Part shown: positions 9,203 through 18,165 of the stretch, piece by piece
How positions within the stretch are numbered: position 1 is the first letter of the stretch
Layout of the letters: each line of letters begins with the position of its first letter
Source: a bacterium
Lineage (GTDB): Bacteria; Patescibacteriota; Minisyncoccia; Phycocordibacterales; Zambryskibacteraceae
DNA: 64,000 bases
Direction of reading: 5' to 3'
NCBI GenBank assembly: GCA_030649135.1
Contig: JAUSGI010000004.1
Coordinates: 1-64,000, forward strand
Notes under the pieces: generated by a model
The model's database searches: none
Told to the model about the DNA's origin: nothing
The model's input: the letters and a program-made list of their open reading frames with translations, nothing else
Made by a program: the position numbers and the translations under genes

Positions 9203-9769
9203 ATGGGGAGGCTCGAAGAAGAAAATAGGAAGAGAGTGAGACGAGGAGAGATTCAGAAGTTAATTTTGAATTCAGTAAAAATTGCAGGAGTTTTAAGCAT
9301 TGGACTAGTTGCTCCTCAAGTGATTGGAGCTATGGGGAAGCTTGGGCTTATCACAAATAAGCGTCAGGATGAGATTGTGCGATCTTCCGCGAGCAAATTA
9401 GTGAAGAAAGGTTTGCTTAAGTATGAAAACAATAGATACAAGCTTACAGTAGATGGAGAAAAACAGTTAAGGCGATGGGAGCTACAGGACTATAAGCTTA
9501 CTCAACCAAAGAAATGGGATAAAAAGTGGCGGGTCATCATTTTCGATATTCCAGAGAAAAAGAAGAAAATCAGACATCAAATCCGTTATCTATTTACTAC
9601 TGCGGGGCTGTCTCGCCTGCAAGATAGTGTTTGGGTTTTTCCATATGACTGCGAAGATCTTATTGGTCTATTGAAAACAGATTTTGGTATTGGAAAAGAT
9701 CTTCTGTATTTGATTGTAGATGAGATAGAAAATGATAAACATCTACGCGAAGAATTCGGTCTTCTCTAG
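9203..9769 (+). CDS. PaaX-like transcriptional regulator (wHTH plus PaaX-C-like domain)
   Basis: W-rich C-terminal motif WDKKWRVIIFDIPEKKKKIRHQIRYLFTTAGLSRLQDSVWVFP resembles the PaaX C-terminal domain; N-terminal KKGLLKYENNRYKLTVDGEKQL is wHTH-like. Confidence 0.5.
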   Translation: MGRLEEENRKRVRRGEIQKLILNSVKIAGVLSIGLVAPQVIGAMGKLGLITNKRQDEIVRSSASKLVKKGLLKYENNRYKLTVDGEKQLRRWELQDYKLTQPKKWDKKWRVIIFDIPEKKKKIRHQIRYLFTTAGLSRLQDSVWVFPYDCEDLIGLLKTDFGIGKDLLYLIVDEIENDKHLREEFGLL

Positions 9770-9857
9770 TCACATCTATATTTTACTATAGAAAACTATC
9801 GATGTGAGAATTAAGTTCAGAATGATACTGAAATTATGCTGGAAATGGGGCGGGAAA

Positions 9858-11333
9858 CTATTGGACTTTGTATTCCTCTCGGATTTTTTCTATTTCTTTT
9901 TCTTCGTCACTTTGATTCTTGGCACGGGCCACTTTGCCAAGTCCGGCTAACTCTTCTGATTTGAGAGCATGTAACTCCCCCACTCTGCCTTCCATGTGCT
10001 CTGGGCTGTTAAGTTTGGGGTTCTCAAGCACTTCAGAGAGGAGAATTTCCAAGATGAAACCGATATGTGGGCCCGGGCCGGCTTTGGTTAGTCTCATGAT
10101 ATCGGCGCCGTTTATGCCAAGTTGTTTAACGGAGATTGGATCACGCAGGACTTCTTCAATCATTGATTTATATTTACGCAGACGGAAAGGGGTTTCTTTG
10201 GGTCGGCCGGTGCCGATGCGGTCGCAGACCCGCAGGTCCACCAAGTCCCAAATCAAGTCAGTGCCGACATTTCTAACAATCCTCCGCACGGCGCTTAATG
10301 TGATTTTTTCGGTGTCGGAGAAGAACATGTGCCATCGCACGAGCTTCACTGCTTTCTCCACAATTTCTTTAGGGAAATGCAGGTCTGTCAAAATTGTTCT
10401 GGAAAGCCGTGCTCCAACAACCTCGTGGTTATAGAAAGTCCATTGGTTCTTAAGACGCTTTCTTGTATGGGGTTTAGCAACATCATGGGCGAAGGCGGCA
10501 AGTCGCACGTGGAGGGGAAAGTCTTTCTTAGCGGCGTGATTTAGAGTGCGGAGGAGGTGTTCCCAGACGGTGTAGGCATGAGCCTGATTTTGTTCCATAC
10601 CTATCCCCTTTTCAAACTCCGGTGAAATAAAATTCAGGAGCCCGAGGCGACTAGCCAAATCTAAAGCGAGCGCGGGTGTCTCCGACATGATAATTTTTGT
10701 AAACTCATCACGTATTCGTTCGCGGGAGATGTGTTCCAGAAGTTCGGCGTGCGTCGTTATCGCGATTTGCGTATCATGTTCTATGGCAAAGTTTAATTCA
10801 CTAGCCAAACGCAATGCCCGAAACATGCGCAGGGCATCTTCACCAAATCTTTCGTCCGGTCTGCCCACGGTGCGAATCATTTTTTTTTCAATATCTTCCA
10901 GGCCTCCAAATGGGTCAAGTAAATCTTCGGTTAGAATATTGTAAGCAAGGGCGTTCATAGTGAAGTCTCGGCGCGCCAAGTCATCTTCTATGGTTTTACC
11001 CCACTCCACTTTATCCGGTCGGCGGAAGTCAGAATATCCCGACTCGATCCGGTACGGAGTAATCTCCACGACCTTGAGAGTTTTGTCACTCGTATCTTCG
11101 TTGACTACTCCAACTGTGCCGTACTCGTTTTCATAAAATGTTTTTGGGAAGATTTTTATTATTTCCTCTGGTTTGGCATTCGTCGCGATGTCCCAGTCTT
11201 TGGGAGCTCTGCCTATGACCAAGTCTCGTACGCATCCGCCAACGAGAAAACTTTCAAATCCGGCATCGGTAAGTATGCGTGAAATGTTTTTCACTTCTTC
11301 AGGAATCTCGAATTTGTATTTTGCGTCTTTCAT
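9858..11333 (-). CDS. cca: CCA-adding tRNA nucleotidyltransferase with HD domain
   Basis: GGCVRDLVIGRAPKDWDIATNA (Pol-beta nucleotidyltransferase head), a poly(A)-polymerase-like body and a C-terminal HD region (HD…H…D). Confidence 0.9.
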   Translation of the reverse strand: MKDAKYKFEIPEEVKNISRILTDAGFESFLVGGCVRDLVIGRAPKDWDIATNAKPEEIIKIFPKTFYENEYGTVGVVNEDTSDKTLKVVEITPYRIESGYSDFRRPDKVEWGKTIEDDLARRDFTMNALAYNILTEDLLDPFGGLEDIEKKMIRTVGRPDERFGEDALRMFRALRLASELNFAIEHDTQIAITTHAELLEHISRERIRDEFTKIIMSETPALALDLASRLGLLNFISPEFEKGIGMEQNQAHAYTVWEHLLRTLNHAAKKDFPLHVRLAAFAHDVAKPHTRKRLKNQWTFYNHEVVGARLSRTILTDLHFPKEIVEKAVKLVRWHMFFSDTEKITLSAVRRIVRNVGTDLIWDLVDLRVCDRIGTGRPKETPFRLRKYKSMIEEVLRDPISVKQLGINGADIMRLTKAGPGPHIGFILEILLSEVLENPKLNSPEHMEGRVGELHALKSEELAGLGKVARAKNQSDEEKEIEKIREEYKVQ

Positions 11334-11352
11334 ATTAGTGTCCAGCGCTTTG

Positions 11353-11423
11353 TGCCCCCAGCAGGAATCGAACCCACATCACCTGTTCCGAAGACAGGTA
11401 CTTTATCCGTTAAGCTATAGGGG
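11353..11423 (-). tRNA. tRNA-Arg (anticodon TCG)
   Basis: Minus-strand cloverleaf GCCCCTATAGCTTAACGGATAAAGTACCTGTCTTCGGAACAGG…GGTTCGATTCCTGCTGGGGGCA; anticodon loop CTTCGGA. Confidence 0.8.
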
Positions 11424-11440
11424 CCTACCTGCGCAGGCAG
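11422..11440. repeat. GC-rich palindromic motif, family A, copy 2 (abuts the 5' end of tRNA-Arg)
   Basis: gcctacctgcgcaggcagg. Its reverse complement matches 19 of 20 bases with the 44728 copy. Confidence 0.5.
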
Positions 11441-11505
11441 GCAACATCGATATCGTACCTCAAAACTCGATTTTTTTCCTTTAGTACGCTATTATCTTTT
11501 CACTC

Positions 11506-11576
11506 GCGGCTATGGTTTAGTGGTAGAACACGTCCTTGCCAAGGACGAGATTCGGGTTCGATTCCCGGTAGCCGCA
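11506..11576 (+). tRNA. tRNA-Gly (anticodon GCC)
   Basis: GCGGCTATGGTTTAGTGGTAGAACACGTCCTTGCCAAGGACG…GGTTCGATTCCCGGTAGCCGCA; anticodon loop TTGCCAA. Confidence 0.85.
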
Positions 11577-11577
11577 C

Positions 11578-11648
11578 CGGGCTGTAGTACAGCGGTAGTA
11601 TACACGCTTCGGGAGTGTGAGACCCGAGTTCGATTCTCGGCAGCCCGA
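11578..11648 (+). tRNA. tRNA-Pro (anticodon CGG)
   Basis: CGGGCTGTAGTACAGCGGTAGTATACACGCTTCGGGAGTGTG…CCGAGTTCGATTCTCGGCAGCCCGA. Perfect 7-bp acceptor with C1:G72 and A73, which are Pro identity elements; loop TTCGGGA. Confidence 0.8.
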
Positions 11649-11675
11649 TGCCAAGTTTTATTAAGCACATATAGA

Positions 11676-11746
11676 CGGGCCGTCGTATACCGGTAGTATT
11701 TGCGCTTTGGGAGCGTAAGGACTGGGTTCGATTCCCAGCGGCCCGA
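11676..11746 (+). tRNA. tRNA-Pro (anticodon TGG)
   Basis: CGGGCCGTCGTATACCGGTAGTATTTGCGCTTTGGGAGCGTA…CTGGGTTCGATTCCCAGCGGCCCGA; C1:G72; loop TTTGGGA. Confidence 0.8.
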
Positions 11747-11766
11747 TAAGATACAATTAAATATGC

Positions 11767-11837
11767 CGGGCTGTGGTATAACGGTATTACTCATGGCTGG
11801 GGGTCATGCAACCCGGGTTCAACTCCCGGCAGCCCGA
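11767..11837 (+). tRNA. tRNA-Pro (anticodon GGG)
   Basis: CGGGCTGTGGTATAACGGTATTACTCATGGCTGGGGGTCATG…CCGGGTTCAACTCCCGGCAGCCCGA; C1:G72; loop CTGGGGG. Confidence 0.8.
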
Positions 11838-11846
11838 AAGAATAAT

Positions 11847-11917
11847 GCGGGATTAGTTTAATGGTAGAACAATAGATTTCCAATCTGTTGGTGGGAGTTC
11901 GATTCCCCCATCCCGCA
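11847..11917 (+). tRNA. tRNA-Gly (anticodon TCC)
   Basis: GCGGGATTAGTTTAATGGTAGAACAATAGATTTCCAATCTGT…GGGAGTTCGATTCCCCCATCCCGCA; loop TTTCCAA. Confidence 0.85.
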
Positions 11918-11921
11918 CAAA

Positions 11922-11957
11922 ATCAAAATGCTCTGGCTTGTGCTATGGCATTTTGAT
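11922..11957 (+). other. Perfect 10-bp stem hairpin immediately 3' of tRNA-Gly(TCC)
   Basis: atcaaaatgc-[16 nt]-gcattttgat. Confidence 0.5.
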
Positions 11958-12075
11958 TTATGAGGGGGAATCGAACAGGAAGGGGGTCGGGGAAACTCTA
12001 GTTTCCTCGTGGAGGAAGGCAGGGCGAAGCCCGTCGGAAAACCGTGGGTTTCCGAGGAGTGAGATAGCGAAGCGT

Positions 12076-12089
12076 CCCCCATCCCGCAC
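12076..12089 (+). repeat. Direct repeat of the tRNA-Gly(TCC) 3' end (cccccatcccgcac), second copy
   Basis: Identical 14-15-mer at 11905-11918 (inside the tRNA) and again at 12076-12089, about 160 bp apart. Confidence 0.6.
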
Positions 12090-12096
12090 CGTAGGT

Positions 12097-12534
12097 CTAA
12101 ATAATCACATTGTCGATTAGCTCTACCCTGGCCTTTCGGGTTTGGTGGTCCATTTTGACAGTTACCAGATCTAACTGCCAATCAAGCTCGAGGTTCTTTT
12201 CTAATAAGTATGTTTGAATTGCTCTAGATAATCGTTTAAGTTTCCATGGGTGCATATTGTCTTCAGGTCTGTAGTCAGACGTTCCACGCCCGCCATCGCT
12301 ACGCTCAGGCGTTAGCGGGCGGGCATGTGTGACAGGTTCATCTAAAGTTACACGAGAAACTGATTTGACCTCCACAAAATGGATGACGTTAGATTTTCTA
12401 GCCACAATATCGATTTCTCCCCACTTTCTAAGATAATTTCTTTCTATAATTTCAAATCCCCTCTTCTCTAAAAAACCACAGGCTATATTCTCTCCGATGT
12501 CTCCAAGCCTTCTTTTTTCCGTTCTATTGTCCAT
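12097..12534 (-). CDS. YraN/UPF0102-family endonuclease-like protein with C-terminal extension
   Basis: GDIGENIACGFLEKRGFEIIERNYLRKWGEIDIVARKSNVIHFVEVKS matches the UPF0102 (YraN) PD-(D/E)xK-like core. Confidence 0.7.
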   Translation of the reverse strand: MDNRTEKRRLGDIGENIACGFLEKRGFEIIERNYLRKWGEIDIVARKSNVIHFVEVKSVSRVTLDEPVTHARPLTPERSDGGRGTSDYRPEDNMHPWKLKRLSRAIQTYLLEKNLELDWQLDLVTVKMDHQTRKARVELIDNVII

Positions 12535-13109
12535 AAAGTTTCATATGAAACTCTTATTTTAAGAAAAGGGCTATAATTAAGGACATATTGGTGTGCTGTC
12601 GCTTAAATATATGTCTTTTACTCCCCATATTCCACATAATTATCCACAGTTTCGCTAATTTATGGTCTAATTCTCCTTTAAATAAAGAGCTTTTTACGTT
12701 ATAAGATTAAGGACAAAATAAGTACAGCCCCTCGACTTTGCTCGGGGTAAACAAAAACCCGCCGGCAGGCAATCTGCTAGCGGGGTGATCCCGCTAAAGC
12801 GAGATCGGGTCGCCTCAGCTCTTACGAGCTTCGGCGGACCAAGGAAGATTATCCCAGAACGAGAATAGGGCCCAGAAGATGCACGTAACCAAAAAATAAA
12901 AAAGTTGAGGGTTCGTCATCCCTGCCCAAACTCCCAAACCAGAATAAACTTCCGGTAACTGGAATGGCCTTCCAAGAACACATGCCTGGATTCCAATCTC
13001 GATTAGAGAACCGATAATATCCACCAAGCGCCTGACGACATTCTATCTTATAAAGGACAAATTTGTAAGCACAAAGTTGTGGATAACTTTTGTCCTTTAT
13101 AATATGGCT

Positions 13110-13880
13110 TTATTTAAGCGTTAATTTGATAGGGCAGTGGTCTGAACCTAAAATATTGTCAAGTATTTCTGTAGACTTTATTTTCCCTAACATTTCCGGA
13201 GAGGAGAAAAAATAATCTATTCTCCATCCAATGTTTCTCTCTCTGGCAAAACTTTTCATATCCCAATAGGTATAAGCCCCGGCTTTATCAGGATAAAAGT
13301 GGCGGAAGACATCTGTCCAACCATTGGCAATGAGTTTGTTCATCCACGCCCTTTCTATGGGTAGGAAACCAACATGGGTCTCATTTTCCTTTGGTCTGGC
13401 CAGGTCTATTGGCTCGTGAGCGACGTTAATATCACCACACAGGATAATATTCGGTTGTTTCTTGTGTAACTTATTTATGAATTCTAGGAAATAGTCATAG
13501 AAATCTAACTTGTACCGTAGCCTCTCTGGAGCCCCTCCGCCGTTAGGGAAGTAGACGTTGATAAGAGTAAAATCCTTATATTCAGCCATAATTAGCCGGC
13601 CTTCCTTATCCATTTCTTCAATTCCTATGTCACGTGAAACATACAAAGGTTTAACCTTTGTATAGATGGCTACACCGCTGTAGCCTTTCTTAATGGTAGG
13701 GAAGTGGAAGTAAGAGTGGTACCCGTCTGGGTCTTTCAGCTCCGGTGGCAGTTGCTCGGGTAGTGTTTTAGTCTCCTGTATGCATAAAATATCTGGTTTC
13801 ATATGGAACACTTCAGCAATGTTTCCCTTGCGGTGCACCGCCCTAAGCCCATTGACGTTCCAGGAGATGATAGTTCGCAT
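13110..13880 (-). CDS. xth: Exodeoxyribonuclease III (AP endonuclease)
   Basis: MRTIISWNVNGLRA…PDILCIQETK…; EEP-family ExoIII pattern over the full length. Confidence 0.9.
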   Translation of the reverse strand: MRTIISWNVNGLRAVHRKGNIAEVFHMKPDILCIQETKTLPEQLPPELKDPDGYHSYFHFPTIKKGYSGVAIYTKVKPLYVSRDIGIEEMDKEGRLIMAEYKDFTLINVYFPNGGGAPERLRYKLDFYDYFLEFINKLHKKQPNIILCGDINVAHEPIDLARPKENETHVGFLPIERAWMNKLIANGWTDVFRHFYPDKAGAYTYWDMKSFARERNIGWRIDYFFSSPEMLGKIKSTEILDNILGSDHCPIKLTLK

Positions 13881-13914
13881 ATCTATTTAATAAGTAATGT
13901 TGCCACGCACAGGT

Positions 13915-14436
13915 TTACCCACAGCTGAGGCCAATCTTGAGTTCTTCGTCATGAGAAAGAAACATAAAATGGATACGGTATGTTTTTCCCGTAGCTGCCG
14001 ACGTTTTTTGCTTGTCTTTTAGTCCTACGTGGAAGTGGTCATATGGCGGAACACTGTTGATGAAGCCAAAAAATGATGAGGCAAGACCCCAACCCGGGAA
14101 CTCTTTTCCTACCATGCGAAGCCCAATTTTCGATTCCGGAATTTCATACTCGACTGAAACAATTCTGTACCCATATACACCGTAAATTGGACCACTATTT
14201 TTGACCGCTTCCGGCATTGCGTAATGATGCATTTCGCCAATTGGTTGGCCGTTTTCATCACGCGCCACTTCTGCTTCGGGATGAACGTGTGCCACATGAA
14301 TCACGCCTTCGGGTAGATCCTCCAGAGTTAATGTGCGTACTGTGGGTTTTTGCTTGATTGAAATAAATACCATGACCACGAGTAAAGCGAGAAAAACCAT
14401 GCCAATCACAAGGACTAATTTACGGGAGATAAACAT
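13915..14436 (-). CDS. Hypothetical membrane-anchored protein
   Basis: N-terminal TM helix; no recognizable motif. Confidence 0.45.
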   Translation of the reverse strand: MFISRKLVLVIGMVFLALLVVMVFISIKQKPTVRTLTLEDLPEGVIHVAHVHPEAEVARDENGQPIGEMHHYAMPEAVKNSGPIYGVYGYRIVSVEYEIPESKIGLRMVGKEFPGWGLASSFFGFINSVPPYDHFHVGLKDKQKTSAATGKTYRIHFMFLSHDEELKIGLSCG

Positions 14437-14440
14437 ACTT

Positions 14441-16087
14441 TTATTTTTCTTGCTTGCGCTTCAGACAGTATATCTCATTTGCAAATGTTGGTACAAAAAA
14501 GTTTTTTGTTATTGGATTGTAGGCACTTTTTGCAGTAATTCGTTCCGTGGCCTGGAAAAAAGCAGTATTTTTGCCAGTTTCTGCTTCAACCTCGTAGAAT
14601 CGCCCGTCGTTAGAGCCAATATAAATTTTCTCATCGACTAGTAGGGGAGAACTAAAAATTCTTCCTTTCGTTTCAAATTTCCACAATAAATTGCCCGTTT
14701 CTATCCCAAAGCAGTACAGATGTTTATCGAGAGAAGCGATGTAAAGTCGTCCGTCATAAATGAGTGGTGTCGAGTAGAGTGATTCGCCCACCTCAATTTT
14801 GTGGAGCAATCTGCCAGTCGCCATCTCGAGAACATAAGCGTGTCCATTGGAAGAGCAAAATGTCACAGCCTGTTCTTCTTTGTCGAAGGCAAATGATGCC
14901 CGAACTTCCCCTTCAATCTTGAGTTCCCATAACAATTTTCCGGTGTGTACGTTAAAAGCATATACAACTGAGTGATCTGTACTGGCCAAGACCACTCTGC
15001 GCCGGCTTGAGAATGCTGGGGAAGAGGAGATTCGTCCTTCCGCAAGGTATTCCCATCTTTTTTCTCCTGTCGCAGCATCAAGTGCGACTAGCCCACCCCG
15101 TTTTTTCCAAAGGCCGAATTCAAGCCCCACAAAAATTAGGCCAACGTCTTGTGCGATGACCGGAGAAGAGTTTATCCAATCAGCCTCCATAAAAACCCAC
15201 TTTTTCTTTCCGGTATTGGTATCCAATGCATAAAAATTACCGTCATAAGCGCCGAAATAAATTATATCTTTGTAAAGTGCCGGTGAGGAAAAAATCATTT
15301 TCTTGCCTCGCCCCAGAATGCTATATTGCCAGGCAATAGACCCATCACTTTGATTTAATGCCCAGAAGGTACCGTTATCAGCACCGAAATAGACTTTTTG
15401 ATCAGCTATAACTGGGGCTGACTTGGGAATAACATGGAAGTAATTTGGATTCTCACTCTTAAAGCACCACTCAGCACGAAATAGCATTGGTACAGGCGCC
15501 TCTTTTTTGTTAGGCAGATTGGCAACCCCAAGTGCTTCCGCGAAGTCGTCAAGAGTAAACAGGGAAACAATCCTAATGCCTCTGTCATGAAAATATTTGT
15601 AATACTCTGGGCTACGAAAACGCAGAATGGCAAATATCGCATCCACTTTTTTGCCAAGCGATTCTAGTATTTCTACCTGTCTAATGAAACTCTGTCCGGT
15701 ATTTAGTATGTCGTCAACTAAAATTATCCTTTTTTCATTCACTTCCCCCTCAATCATGCGGAGTAGTCCATCTTTTTTGCGCGATTTACGGATAAAAAAA
15801 CCGTCAGTGTCTTGCTCTCGTTCGCTCAAGCTCATGATCATGCCGGTGACTAGAGGAATAGCCGCAACCTCAATCCCGCCGATTTGAAGACCGGAGGTGT
15901 CCGGAAATTCTTTTAGAAAAAGTTCAGTAACAGCGCGAATTACCCGCGGTTTCAGAAGAATTTTTCTGAAGTCGAAAATCCAATTAGATTGGTTGCCACC
16001 AGGAGAGACAAAGTTCTCCTTGCCTCTTGGTATAAAGACTTTCTGCGAAATGACTTCCTTCAAATATGTGCGTGGATCCTGGGTCAC
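14441..16087 (-). CDS. Fusion protein: N-terminal type I phosphoribosyltransferase (OPRT-like) domain plus C-terminal PQQ-like beta-propeller repeats
   Basis: PRPP-binding loop RIILVDDILNTGQS in the first roughly 190 aa, followed by repeated YxGxxDGxxYALDxxTGKxxW PQQ/BamB-like blades. Confidence 0.65.
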   Translation of the reverse strand: MTQDPRTYLKEVISQKVFIPRGKENFVSPGGNQSNWIFDFRKILLKPRVIRAVTELFLKEFPDTSGLQIGGIEVAAIPLVTGMIMSLSEREQDTDGFFIRKSRKKDGLLRMIEGEVNEKRIILVDDILNTGQSFIRQVEILESLGKKVDAIFAILRFRSPEYYKYFHDRGIRIVSLFTLDDFAEALGVANLPNKKEAPVPMLFRAEWCFKSENPNYFHVIPKSAPVIADQKVYFGADNGTFWALNQSDGSIAWQYSILGRGKKMIFSSPALYKDIIYFGAYDGNFYALDTNTGKKKWVFMEADWINSSPVIAQDVGLIFVGLEFGLWKKRGGLVALDAATGEKRWEYLAEGRISSSPAFSSRRRVVLASTDHSVVYAFNVHTGKLLWELKIEGEVRASFAFDKEEQAVTFCSSNGHAYVLEMATGRLLHKIEVGESLYSTPLIYDGRLYIASLDKHLYCFGIETGNLLWKFETKGRIFSSPLLVDEKIYIGSNDGRFYEVEAETGKNTAFFQATERITAKSAYNPITKNFFVPTFANEIYCLKRKQEK

Positions 16088-16139
16088 AGTGTTTGGCCAT
16101 GATTATACCTCATGCCCCGTGATATGATGAGTTTCTGCA

Positions 16140-18083
16140 ATGTTAGGGGGATTTTTTAAAAAATTTACCGAGCAAGCCGATGATTTTTACCACAGTCACC
16201 AGATTGAAGAGTTCTTTGCATGGCTTCATTCCAGCGTACCGCCCAAAGATCAAGAACTAGTATTTTTAAACTTACCACTACAAGAGGAGCTTCTTGATAG
16301 CCGGACCCGCCAAAGGGGGCGTCGTGACAGCGGTTCTATTCTAGCCTTCGTGTTTTGTGAGCCTGGACAACTAGATTCCTCCCTGAAAAAACTTGATCGG
16401 CCTCAAGATAAAGTGCAATGGTATCTGGTTTTTTATGCAGCCGGTATAGAAATATGGGAAAACCCGTCGCGCCACTCCAAAGCACTGCCTATTCGTCTAG
16501 GAGTTGGTAAAGAAGAGAAAAGTAAACTCCTCTCCTTTTCCAGAAAATGTATGGAGGATTTTTTTAAGGAGCCGACCATTCATATTCTCCATAACACGAA
16601 TGGAGAGGATTTAATGGAAGGGGATAGGGTTAGTGTAGACGTGGCGTTATGGATAAACGGGAGCCTTCGCGGGTCTATCATTGTCGAAAATCAGTCTCTT
16701 TACGAAGCAATTAAGCGGGCAAGTTTGGGAGCGTTGCGTGATAACAGAATGAAGCCGGTTGAAGAGCATGAATTGGCTCAAGCACTGATAGAAATTACCG
16801 TTTTTTCAAATTTAAGATTGCCTCTGAGAAAAGCGGATATTACTGATTTCAATATTGATGGACGAAGAGGTTATTATGTCGCTAATGAAGGAAAGAGGGG
16901 GTGGTACCTTCCAGCAGTATTCAACTGCGTAAAATTCAAAGGCATGGCGCATATGCGCGAAAGCCTTATACGGGAGAAGGCAAAAATTTCTCGCGACATG
17001 ATGGATAAGGTACAACTCTATGCTTTTATGGTCGAGGGATTTATTGAAGGAAGAGGAGGTCGTGTGTTGCTTCTTGAGGGGACCGTTGCTTTTGAGGAGG
17101 TGGCTGTTGAAGATTCCTGGTCATCATTCATTGAAGAAGCTCATGTTAGAGGAGATTTGGCAGCCGAATGGGTTATGACGATGCAGGATAAGGACGGGTT
17201 TATGCCGCTTTATGCTGACCCACTCTGCTCTTCTTTTGGCAGAATAGACTGGGCGCGACTGGCCTGTACTACTCACGCTCTTTCATGTTATGGCCAAGTA
17301 ACTCGAAGTGAGCCGTTTCAGAAAGGAGCACGGAATACACTTAGCTATCTTTCACGCCACCTCCTAGAAGTTAGCACTATTGCTGTGAACGTGCGCATTC
17401 CGGCATTGGTGTATTTGGCGCGCGCAGCCATGGTCCTGAAAGAGGAAACTGTGCTCTCAGACATTATGACGCAAATACCGCTTTATTGGCGAAGTCTAAA
17501 TTATCAGCCAATCTTGGCGGCCAATATGGCCACACTCTTCGCTCTGCAGGCAATAAGGAGCAACGGGGCTTTTTTAGCAGAAAGTATAGAGCTTGCTGAA
17601 CAGGTGTTTGCTGATTTTAAGATCAAATATGATGCCGCCCAGCGTATTCAACTTGCCGAGTATCCCGAACTTGCCCATGCCCTCGATCTACTTCACCAGA
17701 TAACAGGAAAAGATGTTTATGCAAAAAAGGCCCAGCAAGTAAAAGAATGGCTTATTGAGCAACAGTTCGAAAATGGTGCGTTTCCATCATATACCAACTC
17801 ATGGTGTGCTTATACCCGTGGTACAGGAAAGATTTTTGAAGCTCTGACAGGGATTCCCGCTTCATACGAAAAAGCTGTCAAAAGCTCGTTTTACTGGCTC
17901 GTACGAATGCAATATGGGGAACATAACATGTATTTTGTGCCTCTAGCGTTTAGGAACAGGGTAGATGGGGGTCTGCGTCATGATCATGCCAATTCTGAAG
18001 CTTGGATTGACGCCGCAGCTCATTTTTTGCTCGGCATCTCGAGAATAATTTCGAGAAAACATGACCCGGAGATACATTCATAG
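16140..18083 (+). CDS. AMMECR1-domain protein with C-terminal alpha/alpha-toroid (prenyltransferase/terpene-cyclase-like) repeats
   Basis: VDVALWINGSLRGSIIVENQSLYEAIKRASLGALRDNRMKP…LIEITVFSNLRL is AMMECR1-like. The C-terminal half has QW-like repeats (QQFENGAFPSY…). Confidence 0.55.
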   Translation: MLGGFFKKFTEQADDFYHSHQIEEFFAWLHSSVPPKDQELVFLNLPLQEELLDSRTRQRGRRDSGSILAFVFCEPGQLDSSLKKLDRPQDKVQWYLVFYAAGIEIWENPSRHSKALPIRLGVGKEEKSKLLSFSRKCMEDFFKEPTIHILHNTNGEDLMEGDRVSVDVALWINGSLRGSIIVENQSLYEAIKRASLGALRDNRMKPVEEHELAQALIEITVFSNLRLPLRKADITDFNIDGRRGYYVANEGKRGWYLPAVFNCVKFKGMAHMRESLIREKAKISRDMMDKVQLYAFMVEGFIEGRGGRVLLLEGTVAFEEVAVEDSWSSFIEEAHVRGDLAAEWVMTMQDKDGFMPLYADPLCSSFGRIDWARLACTTHALSCYGQVTRSEPFQKGARNTLSYLSRHLLEVSTIAVNVRIPALVYLARAAMVLKEETVLSDIMTQIPLYWRSLNYQPILAANMATLFALQAIRSNGAFLAESIELAEQVFADFKIKYDAAQRIQLAEYPELAHALDLLHQITGKDVYAKKAQQVKEWLIEQQFENGAFPSYTNSWCAYTRGTGKIFEALTGIPASYEKAVKSSFYWLVRMQYGEHNMYFVPLAFRNRVDGGLRHDHANSEAWIDAAAHFLLGISRIISRKHDPEIHS

Positions 18084-18165
18084 CGCTTCTTCTGTCTTGG
18101 TAACATTTTGATCTGTGGATAAAAAACTTGCATATCAATAATGAATTGTCTGATATACTTAAGGT

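Noticed and set aside
9203-9769. Cas2-like endonuclease (W…YDI…R…L… pattern)
   Set aside because: There is no cas1 or other cas gene and no CRISPR array in the window. The W-rich motif fits the PaaX C-terminal domain better, with an N-terminal wHTH.
11918-12096. Possible extra tRNA or tmRNA after tRNA-Gly(TCC)
   Set aside because: It contains a T-loop-like GTTCGATTCCCCC (minus sense) and a copy of the tRNA 3' end. I could not fold it into a cloverleaf with acceptor and anticodon arms on either strand, so it is treated as a remnant or repeat rather than a gene.
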